Notes: generated from the sequence alone by a model not told the origin. Shown: positions 35,744 to 51,221, counted from the stretch's first letter. The stretch: 64,000 nt of DNA from Nitrospirota bacterium (GCA_035625205.1 DASPQB010000296.1:3041-67040), one strand, 5' to 3'. Program-made: numbers and translations.

Positions 35744-35860
35744 TCCGGCAGCGTCCTACTTTCCCATGACCTCTCGATCATAGTATCATCGGCCCTGGAG
35801 GACTTTACTTCCGTGTTCGGGATGGGAACGGGTGTGACCCCTCCGGTATAGCCACCGAAA
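35744..35860 (-). rRNA. rrf: 5S ribosomal RNA
   Basis: The reverse complement reads ...CGGTGGCTATACCGGAGGGGTCACACCCGTTCCCATCCCGAACACGGAAGT...GGGAAAGTAGGACGCTGCCGG, a canonical 5S sequence. The ends are approximate. Confidence 0.9.
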
Positions 35861-35951
35861 ACCTTGTAACGATAATCAATGACACCGAATAAGCAAGAAT
35901 ACTTCGAAAAGCCGAATCTGTCAGAAGCAGATTTGGAGAATAAATAAATAG

Positions 35952-38952
<3,001 letters not shown>

Positions 38953-39117
38953 CCGAACCTGCCTCTGGCAGATTCGGCGTTTCTTGATTGCCTCAGCTTT
39001 TCTTGTACCCTTGCTTATTCAGTTGTCAAAGAACAATCCCGAGCTACGCTCGGGAATTCAAAATTCAAGATTCACCACTCAACTCCTTGAATGTTGAATT
39101 TTAAATTTTGAATTATT

Positions 39118-39193
39118 TGGTGGAGCTGAGCGGGATCGAACCGCCGACCCCCTGCTTGCAAAGCAGGTGCTCTCCCAGCTGAGCTACAGCCCC
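39118..39193 (-). tRNA. tRNA-Ala (anticodon TGC)
   Basis: The reverse complement is GGGGCTGTAGCTCAGCTGGGAGAGCACCTGCTTTGCAAGCAGGGGGTCGGCGGTTCGATCCCGCTCAGCTCCACCA. It has G3:U70 and an encoded CCA. Confidence 0.95.
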
Positions 39194-39271
39194 GATAACA
39201 ATTTTAGATTTCAGATCTTTGATTGGGGATTTTTCAATCAACAATCGGTATTCTGCAATCCGCAATTGACT

Positions 39272-39348
<77 letters not shown>

Positions 39349-39499
39349 GCTCTTTCGCTTCCATCCGGCTCAGGACGTTTCCCGGTGGTAACGCTCCGAG
39401 CTCATGCCTATAGCCCTGAGCATTGCTCATGGTCCTTCAAAACTAAATAGGTGCTGGCAGGAACGACCTAAGATGAGAGATTACGAATAACCTCTATTC

Positions 39500-41066
<1,567 letters not shown>

Positions 41067-41216
41067 AAAAAGCTGATCCTTTTATGCAAAGTTACACAAA
41101 GTAACTTGACAAGTTTTTGTTACCCAAAACCCGCCGTTTCAAAAGCTAAAAAAGCTGTTTGAAACTTAATGCACCTATTTAGTTTTCAAAGACCATGCAT
41201 ACTTCGCAGAATATTA

Positions 41217-41245
41217 ATAATACCTAAAACAATCTATTTTGTCAA
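41217..41245 (-). promoter_or_regulatory. candidate rrn promoter
   Basis: The minus strand reads TTGACA (41245-41240), a 17-nt spacer, then TATTAT (41222-41217). An AT-rich stretch lies upstream, about 150 nt 5-prime of the mature 16S end. Confidence 0.45.
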
Positions 41246-41404
41246 GAACTTTATCAAGTTTATTCGAAAATTTTTTGTGCTTAATGCTCGTTGGGTGGTC
41301 TAATTGAACTTCGAGGTTTTGCCCGAGGTTAACCGACGAACGAGGGCGCAATTTATCAGAATATGCTCCCCATGTCAAGACTTTTTTCGCAGTCGAATAT
41401 TTTT

Positions 41405-42619
41405 TTACTTTTTCGCGGAAATCCGCACAAACCGCTTCTTCCCGATCCTTATAATATAATCCTTCTGTTCCAATTCCCTATCAACATCCTTCTCCGGTTG
41501 CTGGTCAACCTCAACGGCGCCCTGCTGGATCAGCCTGCGCGCCTCGGAGTTGCTCTTTACCATCCCAGACAGAGCCATGATCTTCACAAGCTTCATTTTT
41601 TTCTCTTCCCAAACAATCTCGGCGAGCGGAATGTCGTCAGGAAGCCGGTGTCCGCTGAACACGTTTTCAAACTCTTCACGAGACTTTTTCCCTTCGCCGA
41701 TCCCGCAGAACCGGTCTGCAAGCTCCATGGCAAGCCTTTTTTTTGCTTCCATGGGGTGCAGCATGCCGGATTTTATTTCAGACCTGATCTTTGCCAACTC
41801 ATCCAGGGACACAGAACTCACAAGCTCATAATAACGGTACATGAGGCCGTCACTGATCGACATCACCTTTCCGAATATCTCTTTCGCGGGCTCATTGATG
41901 CCGATATAGTTCCCGAGGCTCTTGCTCATCTTGTTCACGCCGTCGATGCCCTCGAGGAGCGGCATCGTGACAATTGACTGCGGCTCCTGTCCGTATTCCT
42001 TCTGCAGCTCACGGCCGACAAGGAGATTGAATTTCTGGTCCGTCCCCCCGAGTTCCACATCTGCATGCAGCGCCACTGAGTCATATCCCTGAATGAGGGG
42101 ATAGAGAAACTCGTGGATGCTGATTGGCAGACGAGATTCATAGCGCTTCTTGAAGTCCTCGCGCTCCAGCATCCTGGCTACTGTATGCTTTGCAGCAAGT
42201 TGGATCATGTCAGTGGACGACATCTTCGTCATCCACTCACTGTTAAATGCGATCCGCGTTTTGCCGGGACTGAGTATCTTGTAAATCTGCTGCTGATAGG
42301 TTGTGGCATTCTGCAAGACTTCTCCTCGCGTCAAGTGTTTACGCGTTTCTGACTTCCCTGTGGGATCTCCGATCATGCCTGTGAAATCGCCGATCAGGAA
42401 TATGACCTCATGCCCCAGCTCCTGGAACTGGCGCATCTTGTTCAGGAGCACGGTGTGGCCCAGATGGATGTCCGGTGCCGTGGGATCGAAACCGGCTTTC
42501 ACGCGGAGCGGCTGCGCATTCGCAACTGACTTCTCGAGCTTCTTAAGGAGGTCGTCCTCAACGATGATCTCCACGGCGCCGCGCTTAATGATGTCAAGTT
42601 GTCCTTTTGCTGAGAGCAT
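41405..42619 (-). CDS. tyrS: tyrosyl-tRNA synthetase
   Basis: It has the HIGH-type motif [14 protein letters not shown] (NKMSKSLGN) and a C-terminal S4-like domain ([17 protein letters not shown]). Confidence 0.9.
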   Translation of the reverse strand: MLSAKGQLDIIKRGAVEIIVEDDLLKKLEKSVANAQPLRVKAGFDPTAPDIHLGHTVLLNKMRQFQELGHEVIFLIGDFTGMIGDPTGKSETRKHLTRGEVLQNATTYQQQIYKILSPGKTRIAFNSEWMTKMSSTDMIQLAAKHTVARMLEREDFKKRYESRLPISIHEFLYPLIQGYDSVALHADVELGGTDQKFNLLVGRELQKEYGQEPQSIVTMPLLEGIDGVNKMSKSLGNYIGINEPAKEIFGKVMSISDGLMYRYYELVSSVSLDELAKIRSEIKSGMLHPMEAKKRLAMELADRFCGIGEGKKSREEFENVFSGHRLPDDIPLAEIVWEEKKMKLVKIMALSGMVKSNSEARRLIQQGAVEVDQQPEKDVDRELEQKDYIIRIGKKRFVRISAKK

Positions 42620-42740
42620 GTATCAAACCCTTCAAGTCCCCTACTTCGAACGCCGAAGTTGTCCGATAATTTATTTTCAAAAAGTAGCGGACGACCTATT
42701 TGTTTCCTCACGTCAGCATTCATTCTGCTGCAGGGTAGAA

Positions 42741-43145
42741 CTACTTCACTATTGCTGCCAGGTCGAGTACGACGTCCACCAAAAGCGGGTGCGAGCCAAC
42801 AGGCTCAGTCAGCGTTATCTCTATTCCGGGATGACCATGTCTTATTTCATCAACTAAAAGGGGGATGTCGGCCGTGACGTGCCCTCCCAACTGAAGGAAG
42901 AAAGGAACAATCATGATCTTTTCTGCGTGCTGCTGGATGCAGAACGCCACGGATTCTCTAAGGCCCGGCGTCGCGTGTTGCAGGAAAGCTTCCGCAACGA
43001 TGCCGAAATGCCCGCGTCGACGAACCTCGGCTATGATTCGATGGACGGTTGCGTCAGAACCCTCGGCCCTGCTGCCATGAAACAAAATGATGACTGCGGT
43101 CTTCACAGAGGCTCCGTTAACAGATACCGGTGCTGTATCTATCAT
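42741..43145 (-). CDS. small CbiX/SirB-type sirohydrochlorin chelatase
   Basis: This 134-aa protein has VIILFHGSRAEGS...IMIVPFFLQLGGHVTADIP, with the His ligands typical of CbiX(S). Confidence 0.7.
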   Translation of the reverse strand: MIDTAPVSVNGASVKTAVIILFHGSRAEGSDATVHRIIAEVRRRGHFGIVAEAFLQHATPGLRESVAFCIQQHAEKIMIVPFFLQLGGHVTADIPLLVDEIRHGHPGIEITLTEPVGSHPLLVDVVLDLAAIVK

Positions 43146-43255
43146 AGCCTACCGCAAAAGTCAATTTAATATTAACGGCGCAGCACGTACAGAGTACAAC
43201 TAAGCAGTCCCATGAACTGCTATGGAGGGATATCTTTTAGAATATCAGGCCCACG

Positions 43256-43283
43256 GAAAAAAGGCGGACCCAATCGTCCGCCT
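43256..43283 (-). terminator. intrinsic terminator after the 27-codon ORF
   Basis: The stem ggcggac/gtccgcc (43263-43269 with 43276-43282) encloses a 6-nt loop. On the minus strand it is followed by TTTTTT. Confidence 0.6.
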
Positions 43284-43297
43284 TTTCTAGTTTCATG

Positions 43298-43381
43298 CTA
43301 TTTTTTCTTCGCTGTTTTCTTATTCACGGCTTTTTTCTTGGCCGTTTTCTTTGCTCCACAAGTCCTGGATCCGCATGCCAT
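43298..43381 (-). CDS. 27-codon Lys-rich mini-ORF (MACGSRTCGAKKTAKKKAVNKKTAKKK)
   Basis: Own translation. The ATG at 43381 is preceded by GGAGGGGAGGTGA plus 6 nt. The stop is at 43298-43300. A terminator hairpin lies about 15 nt downstream. It is below the ORF-track length cutoff. Confidence 0.4.
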   Translation of the reverse strand: MACGSRTCGAKKTAKKKAVNKKTAKKK

Positions 43382-43571
43382 CGCTAGTCACCTCCCCTCC
43401 GGTCATTCATGTCTTCTTCCGCTACACTCGGTTTTGCTCTGTACAGTTCCATGGATAGGATTCAAACAGACCTGACGGCATCCTTTCCCTGCCGAGAAAA
43501 AGGCGTCCACCAGCTTCCCTCAGGGATCTCTCTCCTGCCGGGAAAACAACCGTTGTGAAACACCCTCAAGG

Positions 43572-44501
43572 TCATCTGCTACAAAGGATTTTTTTTGCAT
43601 CTTCAACATCCTTCCGGACTTGTGCTACGAGTGCATCTGCATCAGGAAACTTTTTTTCCCCTCGGAGCCGCTTAATGAACGAAACATCCATTTGCCTGCC
43701 GTACAGGTCATCGGCAAAGTTAAACAAATAAACCTCGATTGATACGGCCCCCGCGTCAAAGGTCGGCCGCACGCCGATGGAGGCGACTCCTTCCAGCGCT
43801 TGCTGGCCATCTACCGATGCCCGCACAGCGTAAACACCGAATCCGGGTAGCAGCTCGTTGGAAGTGCGCAGATTCGCTGTCGGAAATCCGAGTGTGTGCC
43901 CCCGATGGGACCCGTGGATTACTTCTCCTTCAAGCACATAGTCCCTTCCGAGAAGCTTGGCGGCCTCGTCCACGCTGCCGCTTGAGATAAGCTCACGGAT
44001 CGTGGAACTGCTGACTACGATTCCGTTTACCTGAATTGCTTCTACCACGCCCACTTCGAAGCCGTATGTCCGGCCCATTTTTTTCAGTGATTCGATGCTC
44101 CCCTCCCGGCCCTTGCCGAATGCATAATCATAACCTACGAATATCTCTTGAACCCCTAACTGGTCGTGTAAAACGGTGCGTGCGAAATCCTCAGGATGCT
44201 GTTCAGCGAATGCACGCGTGAAATTGGCGCAGATCACGATCTCGATCCCGGAAGCGGCAAGGAGCTTCATTTTCCCATGAAACGTATTGAGCAACTTAGG
44301 GGATCGATCAGGGGCTAGCACTTTAAGCGGATGGGGCTCGAATGTAAAGGCGATGCTCGTTCCGCCGATCATGCGGGCTCGTTCAACGACTTTCTTGAAT
44401 ATTGCCTGGTGACCAAGATGCACGCCATCAAAGTTACCAAGGGTTAGCACAGGCTTTGGAAAACGCTCTGATATATTTTTGAGGCCCCGGATTATTCTCA
44501 T
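43572..44501 (-). CDS. ribF: bifunctional riboflavin kinase / FMN adenylyltransferase
   Basis: Visible motifs are LTLGNFDGVHLGHQ, the FAD-synthetase half, and the C-terminal kinase motifs GFPTANL and VEVYLFNF. The start is uncertain (ATG 44501 preferred; TTG 44555 in the track). Confidence 0.85.
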   Translation of the reverse strand: MRIIRGLKNISERFPKPVLTLGNFDGVHLGHQAIFKKVVERARMIGGTSIAFTFEPHPLKVLAPDRSPKLLNTFHGKMKLLAASGIEIVICANFTRAFAEQHPEDFARTVLHDQLGVQEIFVGYDYAFGKGREGSIESLKKMGRTYGFEVGVVEAIQVNGIVVSSSTIRELISSGSVDEAAKLLGRDYVLEGEVIHGSHRGHTLGFPTANLRTSNELLPGFGVYAVRASVDGQQALEGVASIGVRPTFDAGAVSIEVYLFNFADDLYGRQMDVSFIKRLRGEKKFPDADALVAQVRKDVEDAKKILCSR

Positions 44502-44712
44502 ATGCGCAGGGATAATCTCACACTGACGCGTAATTGTCAACTTCCCGTTTGGCAAAATCTTGGGGAAATCCCAACTTCTGATTGTATATGATTTTTCAGT
44601 ATGGTATAATGAAAACTCTTTTTCACAGCAACACCAGCGTAGTTATTCATTCAATTATGATGCAAAGTGCAAAGAAAGAATGATGTTCACGCTAAAATGA
44701 CAAGGGGGCGAT

Positions 44713-45825
44713 TTGAAAACAGAAGCAAAGCTGAAACCTCTTACCATAAAGGGGAAGAACATTAAATTTCCAATAATTCAAGGAGGTATGGGAGTCGGGG
44801 TATCGCTCCATCCCCTTGCGAAAGCGGTGGCAACGGAAGGTGGACTCGGTATTGTATCAAGCGCCTGCCTGGATAGGCTCGTCTCAAGGAGAATAGGCCG
44901 CAAAGTCAACACCTATGAGGCAGTTAAAGAGGAGATTACTCTTTCAAAAATAGAGAATGGATTCGTTGGTATTAACATCATGGCTGCTCTTGCACGGGAT
45001 TACACGGATTCAGTAAAAGGTGCCCTGGACGCAGGTTCCGATGCAATTATTTCTGGCGCCGGCCTGCCGCTCAACCTACCCGCAATCCAACCACCCAAGG
45101 ACACGGCATTAATTCCAATTGTGTCATCGGCTCGAGCATTGGATATTATTTGTAAGAAGTGGGAAAAACTGGGCTACCGACCCGACGCGGTTGTGCTCGA
45201 AGGGCCTCTTGCAGGCGGTCACCTGGGATTTCGGATTGACCAGATTGACCTGGAATCGAACAGACTTGAAAATTTACTGCCGCCTGTCAAAGACATGGCA
45301 AGAAAATTCGGCGACTTTCCCGTCATTGTCGCCGGCGGGATATATACTCATGATGACATTGTGAGCTTCATGGACAAGGGAGCGGACGGCGTCCAGATGG
45401 GAACCCGCTTCCTCGCCACCGAGGAAAGCAGCGCTACTTCAGCATACAAGGACGCGGTCGTTCAGGCTCGTGAAGAAGATATTGTTGTTGCGCACCGTCC
45501 CGGTTCTCCCTGCGGCCTGCCATTTCGTGTTATGAAACAGTCTCCCATGTATGTGTCCGCTCTGGGCCGGCGCAGGGAACCAAAATGCGATAAAGGTTAT
45601 GTGCTCTTGAAAGACGCCGATGGCAAATATACGATTTGTCCTGCCAAAGAAGACAATAAGGACTATTTCTGCATTTGTAACGGTCTGTTGAGCTCCGGCC
45701 GGTATAATGCGATCGAGGAAGAAGCGCTCTATACTGTCGGTACGAATGCCTCACGGGTCGATAAAATTCTATCGGTTAAGGGCCTTATGAAAGAATTAGC
45801 GGGTCTTGGCGACGATGATAACTAA
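44713..45825 (+). CDS. nitronate monooxygenase / NAD(P)H-dependent flavin oxidoreductase family (FabK-like TIM barrel)
   Basis: Visible motifs are FPIIQGGMGVGVS, GLGIVSS and GPLAGGHLG, with GVQMGTRFLAT typical of the NMO/2-nitropropane dioxygenase fold. It has a TTG start. Confidence 0.7.
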   Translation: MKTEAKLKPLTIKGKNIKFPIIQGGMGVGVSLHPLAKAVATEGGLGIVSSACLDRLVSRRIGRKVNTYEAVKEEITLSKIENGFVGINIMAALARDYTDSVKGALDAGSDAIISGAGLPLNLPAIQPPKDTALIPIVSSARALDIICKKWEKLGYRPDAVVLEGPLAGGHLGFRIDQIDLESNRLENLLPPVKDMARKFGDFPVIVAGGIYTHDDIVSFMDKGADGVQMGTRFLATEESSATSAYKDAVVQAREEDIVVAHRPGSPCGLPFRVMKQSPMYVSALGRRREPKCDKGYVLLKDADGKYTICPAKEDNKDYFCICNGLLSSGRYNAIEEEALYTVGTNASRVDKILSVKGLMKELAGLGDDDN

Positions 45826-46310
45826 CGATGACCTCTATGCACGACTCGTCTGGAAACCCCGTTTTCATGGGATGATCGCTTCACCGTGGAACATCCGGCG
45901 TTTGAATTCCCCGCGCACCATACGTCAAGACGGATGGTTCTAACCAGAATAACCTTTTTTCATCAAATCTGTGTATCCTTCATGAAGAACGCAATCGAAC
46001 GCGGTCGGTTTTTTAAGTTCATAGTTCACTGACTGTTATGAGGACAAAAAACGGATGGGGCAGCTATGCAGGTTTATCGATAGAGTCCAACCAACGCAGG
46101 AACTCCTCCCCGAATCTCAGAAAGAAACCATGATGCGCTCATCGAGTTGCCTTAAAGTCGTGGTGGATCAACAGCTTACCTCGCCCGTATCGTAGTGCTG
46201 GCTGCTGAAATCGCATATGCCGGATAAAAGCGGGGCATCGCGCAAAAAAACCAACAACCTTCAAAGTTTCTTCCGAGACTTGCCAATGCATTTCCCGATG
46301 CAGATAACTT

Positions 46311-47282
46311 ATGCTACTATTAACTGACATGAATTGGAATGTAGAGAGGTATTCAAACATATCTCCAAGACCCGTTCTCCTCGTTGGTGGCAAGGGAGGC
46401 GTTGGTAAAACGACCTGTTCATCAGCGATTGCAGCACACTATGCGGATTCCGGTAGCAAGACACTGATCATTACATCCGACCTTTCACCTTCCTTGTCGG
46501 ACATTTTTGAACAAACGATCGGAGATACTGTCACGAAAGTGAGCAAAAACCTCGATGCCTATGAAATCAGCCAGGAAGCGATCGCGGCATGGTGGAGACA
46601 GCGGTTCGGTCAGGATTTTAACGATATACTTGCTCATCTTATTGACGTTGAGGCGCTTGATAGTGAATCGCGCCACCAGCTCCTCGAATATATCGGCTCT
46701 GCGCCGTCCCTGCGTGAGGAGACTATGCTCGATATCATAAGGGATTTGGCGGAAAACCGTGGCTATGACAGAATCGTGTGGGACACTGCGCCGGCGGGAG
46801 AGACGCTTAATCTCCTGGACATGCCGAGGAACATCAGAAAACATATCCGCGCCGGCGCCAAAGTCTTTGAGGGCTTGGACAGGATCGGCAAACAGCTTCT
46901 GGGGAAGCGGTCCATCGCCGGCATCATGGATGGCTGGATCGAGGCATCGGAACTGATCGCGCGTTTTATCCGCGAAAAGTCGTCATTCTTGATCGTGGCC
47001 AATCCTGAAGCGCTCGTCGTGAAGCAGGTGGGAAGGATGGTCGCTACGCTTGAAGAATATCAGCTTCCCATACGCGGTTTGATCATTAATTGCGTGATCG
47101 AAGATGCCGATTCCCCATCGCTCGTAGCAGTTCAGAAAACGCAGTCACCATATTTGAGAGAATTGAGAAGGATGGGGGGAACGCACCAGGTAGTCACCCT
47201 GCCGCGATCGTATCAGGAAATCAAAGGCATAGAACGGCTTCAGAAGATCGGTTCAATCCTTGCAGCGGGACTTGCGCTGTAG
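46311..47282 (+). CDS. single-domain ArsA/GET3-family P-loop ATPase
   Basis: It has the deviant Walker A VGGKGGVGKTT, a DTAPAGETL switch region and IVANPE. No arsB/arsC/arsD lies nearby. Confidence 0.75.
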   Translation: MLLLTDMNWNVERYSNISPRPVLLVGGKGGVGKTTCSSAIAAHYADSGSKTLIITSDLSPSLSDIFEQTIGDTVTKVSKNLDAYEISQEAIAAWWRQRFGQDFNDILAHLIDVEALDSESRHQLLEYIGSAPSLREETMLDIIRDLAENRGYDRIVWDTAPAGETLNLLDMPRNIRKHIRAGAKVFEGLDRIGKQLLGKRSIAGIMDGWIEASELIARFIREKSSFLIVANPEALVVKQVGRMVATLEEYQLPIRGLIINCVIEDADSPSLVAVQKTQSPYLRELRRMGGTHQVVTLPRSYQEIKGIERLQKIGSILAAGLAL

Positions 47283-47297
47283 CAACGGGCAGCATTG

Positions 47298-48392
47298 CTA
47301 CACATTGAACCTGAACAGCATGATATCTCCATCCTTCACCACGTAATCCTTGCCTTCCGAACGAAGGAGTCCAGCAGCCTTCACTGCCTGTTCTGTCTTC
47401 AGCTTGAGCAAGTCGTCGTAGTGAAACACTTCAGCACGGATAAACCCTTTTTCAAAGTCTGTATGGATCTTGCCCGCAGCCTGCGGCGCTTTCGTCCCCT
47501 TTGTGATGGTCCAAGCGCGGACTTCTTTTTCTCCGGCAGTAAAATAGGTGATGAGTCCCAATAGTTCATAACCAGCCCGGATCATTCGGTCAAGGCCCGA
47601 TTCCTTAAGCCCCATGCCGGCGAGGTATTCTTTACGTTCTTCCTTCGGCAGTTGGGCTATCTCGCCTTCCACTTGCCCTGAGATGACTACAACTTTTGCG
47701 TCCTCTGCTGCGGCGATTTTTTTTACCGCGTCCACGAAGGTATTGGGTTTGTCAACCATGTCTTCTGCGACGTTCGCCACATAGAGGACGGGTTTGGCAG
47801 ACAAAAGAGTGTAGCTCTTGAGCCATGCCAACTCATCCTCGGAATGGGTTGCGCGGCGGATTGGCTCGCCGCGGCTCAGCATGTTCCTGAGCCTCTTCAT
47901 GAATTCCACTTCGTCAGCGGTTTTCTTGTCCCCGGTCTTAACCATTTTTTCACTCTTCAGTAACCGCTTTTCGATTGCATCAAGATCCGCAAGCATGAGT
48001 TCTGCTTCGATAACCTCGATATCGGCCTTCGGGTCCACCGTACCCGCGACGTGAACGACATTCGGGTCTTCGAAGCAGCGAACAACATGGGCAATCGCAT
48101 CCACCTCGCGGATGTTCGCGAGGAACTTGTTTCCGAGCCCCTCGCCCTGTGCCGCGCCCTTTACCAGGCCGGCGATATCTACAAACTCCATGCTCGTAGG
48201 AGTCGTTTTCTTCGGCTGATAGATTTCTGCCAGTTTGTCAAGACGCTCGTCAGGCATATCCACTACGCCGACGTTCGGATCGATGGTCGTGAAGGGATAG
48301 TTCGAAGCTTGCGCGCCTGCAGAGGTGAGAGCATTAAAGATGGTAGATTTGCCAACGTTGGGAAGCCCAACAATGCCGCAGTTAAAACCCAT
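47298..48392 (-). CDS. ychF: ribosome-binding ATPase YchF
   Basis: It has [34 protein letters not shown] and a C-terminal TGS/YchF domain ([31 protein letters not shown]). Confidence 0.9.
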   Translation of the reverse strand: MGFNCGIVGLPNVGKSTIFNALTSAGAQASNYPFTTIDPNVGVVDMPDERLDKLAEIYQPKKTTPTSMEFVDIAGLVKGAAQGEGLGNKFLANIREVDAIAHVVRCFEDPNVVHVAGTVDPKADIEVIEAELMLADLDAIEKRLLKSEKMVKTGDKKTADEVEFMKRLRNMLSRGEPIRRATHSEDELAWLKSYTLLSAKPVLYVANVAEDMVDKPNTFVDAVKKIAAAEDAKVVVISGQVEGEIAQLPKEERKEYLAGMGLKESGLDRMIRAGYELLGLITYFTAGEKEVRAWTITKGTKAPQAAGKIHTDFEKGFIRAEVFHYDDLLKLKTEQAVKAAGLLRSEGKDYVVKDGDIMLFRFNV

Positions 48393-48645
48393 GAAAAACA
48401 CCTCTTCCTGAACATAAGGCTCGGTACCGCAGATGAATAAAGGTACAGCAATGCTGAACACACTCAAGGCGCCCCACGAGGTTAAAACCAGGCTGGCAAG
48501 TCAACGGCGCGGCAAACCCCGTGCGATCGAGGCCTCTCCAGTCCCAACTATTCATCCGTTGTGAATGCCCTTCCGGGTATTTCAGCAACAAAAAGCCCGG
48601 AGTCCCCTGTACTTCTTCCAGGTCCGGGCTTCTGAACGCTAACTA

Positions 48646-49203
48646 CTAATTAAAGATATTCATGGCCTTGTTCGGGCCTTCCAAAACAATGATCTTGACT
48701 GCTTCCACCGCCCTAGCCAACACGTCCGGCAGCAGTTGTCTCTCTTCGGCGAGAAACGGACTCAGCACATAATCAGCAGCGTCCATCCCCGGAACAGGCC
48801 TGCCAATCCCCAAGCGTACCCTCATAAAGTCTGAAGACCCAACTTGCTCGATGATCGAGCGCAGTCCATTGTGGCCTCCATGACCGCCGCCGATCTTAAT
48901 GCGGACAGTACCGAAAGGCAGATCAAGCTCATCATGGAGCACAATGAGATTGCTGATGCCTGCATACGTGTCTGTGAGGATCGCGCCTACAGCTCTACCG
49001 CTATCGTTCATGTATGTCTGCGGCTTTGCTAAAACCGTGGCTTCCGCATCGATCCGGGCTTTACCTAAGAGTGCGTTGTGTTTCCCCTGGCTTATATCAA
49101 CGTGCAAACTTCTGGCAAGTTCGTCAAGAGCCATAAAACCTGCGTTGTGTCGTGTGCGTTCGAACTTTTTGCCCGGGTTGCCGAGCCCGACGATGATTAT
49201 CAT
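48646..49203 (-). CDS. pth: peptidyl-tRNA hydrolase
   Basis: It has MIIIVGLGNPG..Y..TRHNAGF and GGHGGHNGLRSI. Confidence 0.9.
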   Translation of the reverse strand: MIIIVGLGNPGKKFERTRHNAGFMALDELARSLHVDISQGKHNALLGKARIDAEATVLAKPQTYMNDSGRAVGAILTDTYAGISNLIVLHDELDLPFGTVRIKIGGGHGGHNGLRSIIEQVGSSDFMRVRLGIGRPVPGMDAADYVLSPFLAEERQLLPDVLARAVEAVKIIVLEGPNKAMNIFN

Positions 49204-49232
49204 TCAATCCCCGGAAAGCAGGCCCGCTTCTG

Positions 49233-49985
49233 TTACTTCTTGGGTGCGGATTCCTTCTTGGGAGCCTCTTTCGGCGCCGCCGCTTCCTTGCCCTTGGCCT
49301 CGGCAGCCGGAGCAGCTGCCGCCACTTCGCCTTCCTTCTTGGGCTTCTTGACGAGTTCGGGCTCGCCGGCCTCAGTTGCGGCAACCGGTGCAGCAGTCAA
49401 CATTGCTTCCAGCTTTGCATCCGAAATCGGAGGCTGGATTGTCACGACCGTTGCGTCACCGTCAGTAAGTATCCTGACACCCTCAGCTACCTGAATGTCC
49501 CTCACGTGGAGCGACTCGTTGACCTTGAGTGCCGAGATGTTGATCTCCAGATGCTCGGGAATCTGGGTCGGGAGACACTCGATCTCCACCTCGCGCAGGC
49601 TGTGCTGAAGGATGCCGCCCTCCTTCACGCCGATGGAGGAACCGGCAAGGTACACGGCCACCGGGATTTTCACCTTCTCGTTCATCGCGACTTCCATAAG
49701 ATCGACATGAATGAGTTCGCCGTTCCTCGGATCTAGCTGGTAGTCTTTAATCAGCGCCAGCTTTTCCGCACCTTCCTTGCCGCCCTCGACCTTCAGGTTG
49801 ATGAGCGCATGCTCGCCGCCCTCGCTGTTGAGGATTTTCGTCACATCCTTGTTATCCATCGAGATGGGCATGGACTTGCCGTGGCTGTAGAGTACCGCCG
49901 GTACTATCTGGTTCCGCCTCAGGCCCCTGGCAACTCCTTTGCCCGCCTTTTCCCTGACCTGTGCTGTCAATGCTATCTTTTCCAT
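49233..49985 (-). CDS. rplY: 50S ribosomal protein L25 / general stress protein Ctc (long form with Ala/Lys-rich tail)
   Basis: RGLRRNQIVPAVLYSHGK and HVDLMEV are typical of L25/Ctc. It is followed by a low-complexity KKPKKEGEVAAAAPAAEAKGKE tail. Confidence 0.85.
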   Translation of the reverse strand: MEKIALTAQVREKAGKGVARGLRRNQIVPAVLYSHGKSMPISMDNKDVTKILNSEGGEHALINLKVEGGKEGAEKLALIKDYQLDPRNGELIHVDLMEVAMNEKVKIPVAVYLAGSSIGVKEGGILQHSLREVEIECLPTQIPEHLEINISALKVNESLHVRDIQVAEGVRILTDGDATVVTIQPPISDAKLEAMLTAAPVAATEAGEPELVKKPKKEGEVAAAAPAAEAKGKEAAAPKEAPKKESAPKK

Positions 49986-50054
49986 TTCTCCTCCATACGT
50001 AAACGCCGTTTAAACGGCTTGACTAGTTTAAACGGTTTAAACTGTCGAATTGCA

Positions 50055-51008
50055 TTACACGAACAATGAACTAAGCGACGTTTCTTCGTGGATACGCGTG
50101 ATTGCTTCCGAAAAAATCAATGCGACGGAGAGTACCATCAGTTTTTTACATTCCTGCTGTTTGCAGTCCAGGGCAATTGTGTTCGTGGTAATGAGCTCGT
50201 CAAGCGCTGACTCATTAATGCGCTTGATCGCGGGACCCGAAAGTACGGCATGGGAACAGGCCGCACTGATCGAGCCTGCCCCATTTGCCTTCAGCGCTGA
50301 TGCGCCTTCGGTTATCGTTCCTGCTGTATCTACCATGTCATCGAGCAACAGGCAATCATGACCCTTGACATCGCCGATGATGTGCATTACTTGCGCTTCG
50401 TTCGGCTTATCCCGCCGCTTATCAATAATGGCGAGCGTTGCATTCAGCCGCTTGGCAAATGCCCTGGCCCTCTCCACGCCGCCGGCGTCAGGTGACACGA
50501 CCGTGAGGTTCCTGAATTTTTTTGATCGGATATATTCCAAGAGCACCGGCGCGGCGAACAGATTGTCCACGGGGATGTTGAAGAAACCCTGGATCTGACC
50601 TGCATGCAGATCCATGGTCAGCACCCGGTTCGCCCCGGCTGTGGTGATCAAGTCAGCAACAAGCTTCGATGTAATTGGGACGCGAGGTTGCACCTTGCGG
50701 TCCTGTCTGCTGTACCCATAGTATGGCAGCACTGCGGTAATCCTGGCTGCCGAAGCTCTCTTAAGCGCATCGATCATGATCAGAAGTTCCATGAGATGCC
50801 TGTTCACCGGACTTGCTGTCGGTTGCACGACGAACACATCCATGCCGCGGACATTGTCGACGATCTGAACGTTGATTTCACCGTCGCTGAACTGGCCGAC
50901 CACGGCGTTCCCCAGAGGAAGATTCATCTGCTGGCAAATCTCCTTCGCCAAGGCAGGATTGGCGTTGCCGCTGAACACCTTTATCTCTTGACCTCTCAGT
51001 TTCACCAT
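50055..51008 (-). CDS. prs: ribose-phosphate pyrophosphokinase
   Basis: It has [20 protein letters not shown] and the PRPP-binding loop [12 protein letters not shown]. Confidence 0.9.
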   Translation of the reverse strand: MVKLRGQEIKVFSGNANPALAKEICQQMNLPLGNAVVGQFSDGEINVQIVDNVRGMDVFVVQPTASPVNRHLMELLIMIDALKRASAARITAVLPYYGYSRQDRKVQPRVPITSKLVADLITTAGANRVLTMDLHAGQIQGFFNIPVDNLFAAPVLLEYIRSKKFRNLTVVSPDAGGVERARAFAKRLNATLAIIDKRRDKPNEAQVMHIIGDVKGHDCLLLDDMVDTAGTITEGASALKANGAGSISAACSHAVLSGPAIKRINESALDELITTNTIALDCKQQECKKLMVLSVALIFSEAITRIHEETSLSSLFV

Positions 51009-51030
51009 GAAAACCTCATTTCGAGTATTC

Positions 51031-51105
51031 TGGTTCGGGGACAGGGAGTCGAACCCCGATTAAAGGCTTCAAAGGCCTCTGTCCTACCATTAGACGATCC
51101 CCGAA
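51031..51105 (-). tRNA. tRNA-Gln (anticodon TTG)
   Basis: The reverse complement is TTCGGGGATCGTCTAATGGTAGGACAGAGGCCTTTGAAGCCTTTAATCGGGGTTCGACTCCCTGTCCCCGAACCA. It folds as a cloverleaf by eye, with anticodon loop CTTTGAA. Confidence 0.9.
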
Positions 51106-51221
51106 TGGCGGCAGCTAAAGTCAGTTTCCGACGATCAGCCGAATAAACATCAAAAGGATAGGCGGGTGCCTATCCCTTTGCGTAAGACGCAGAATCGGCA
51201 ATTCTCGAACTCGCGATACTA

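Noticed and set aside
43212-43475. 87-aa + strand ORF (Phe/Leu-rich)
   Set aside because: It is the complement of the Lys-codon-rich mini-ORF and its terminator. It has no SD and implausible low-complexity sequence.
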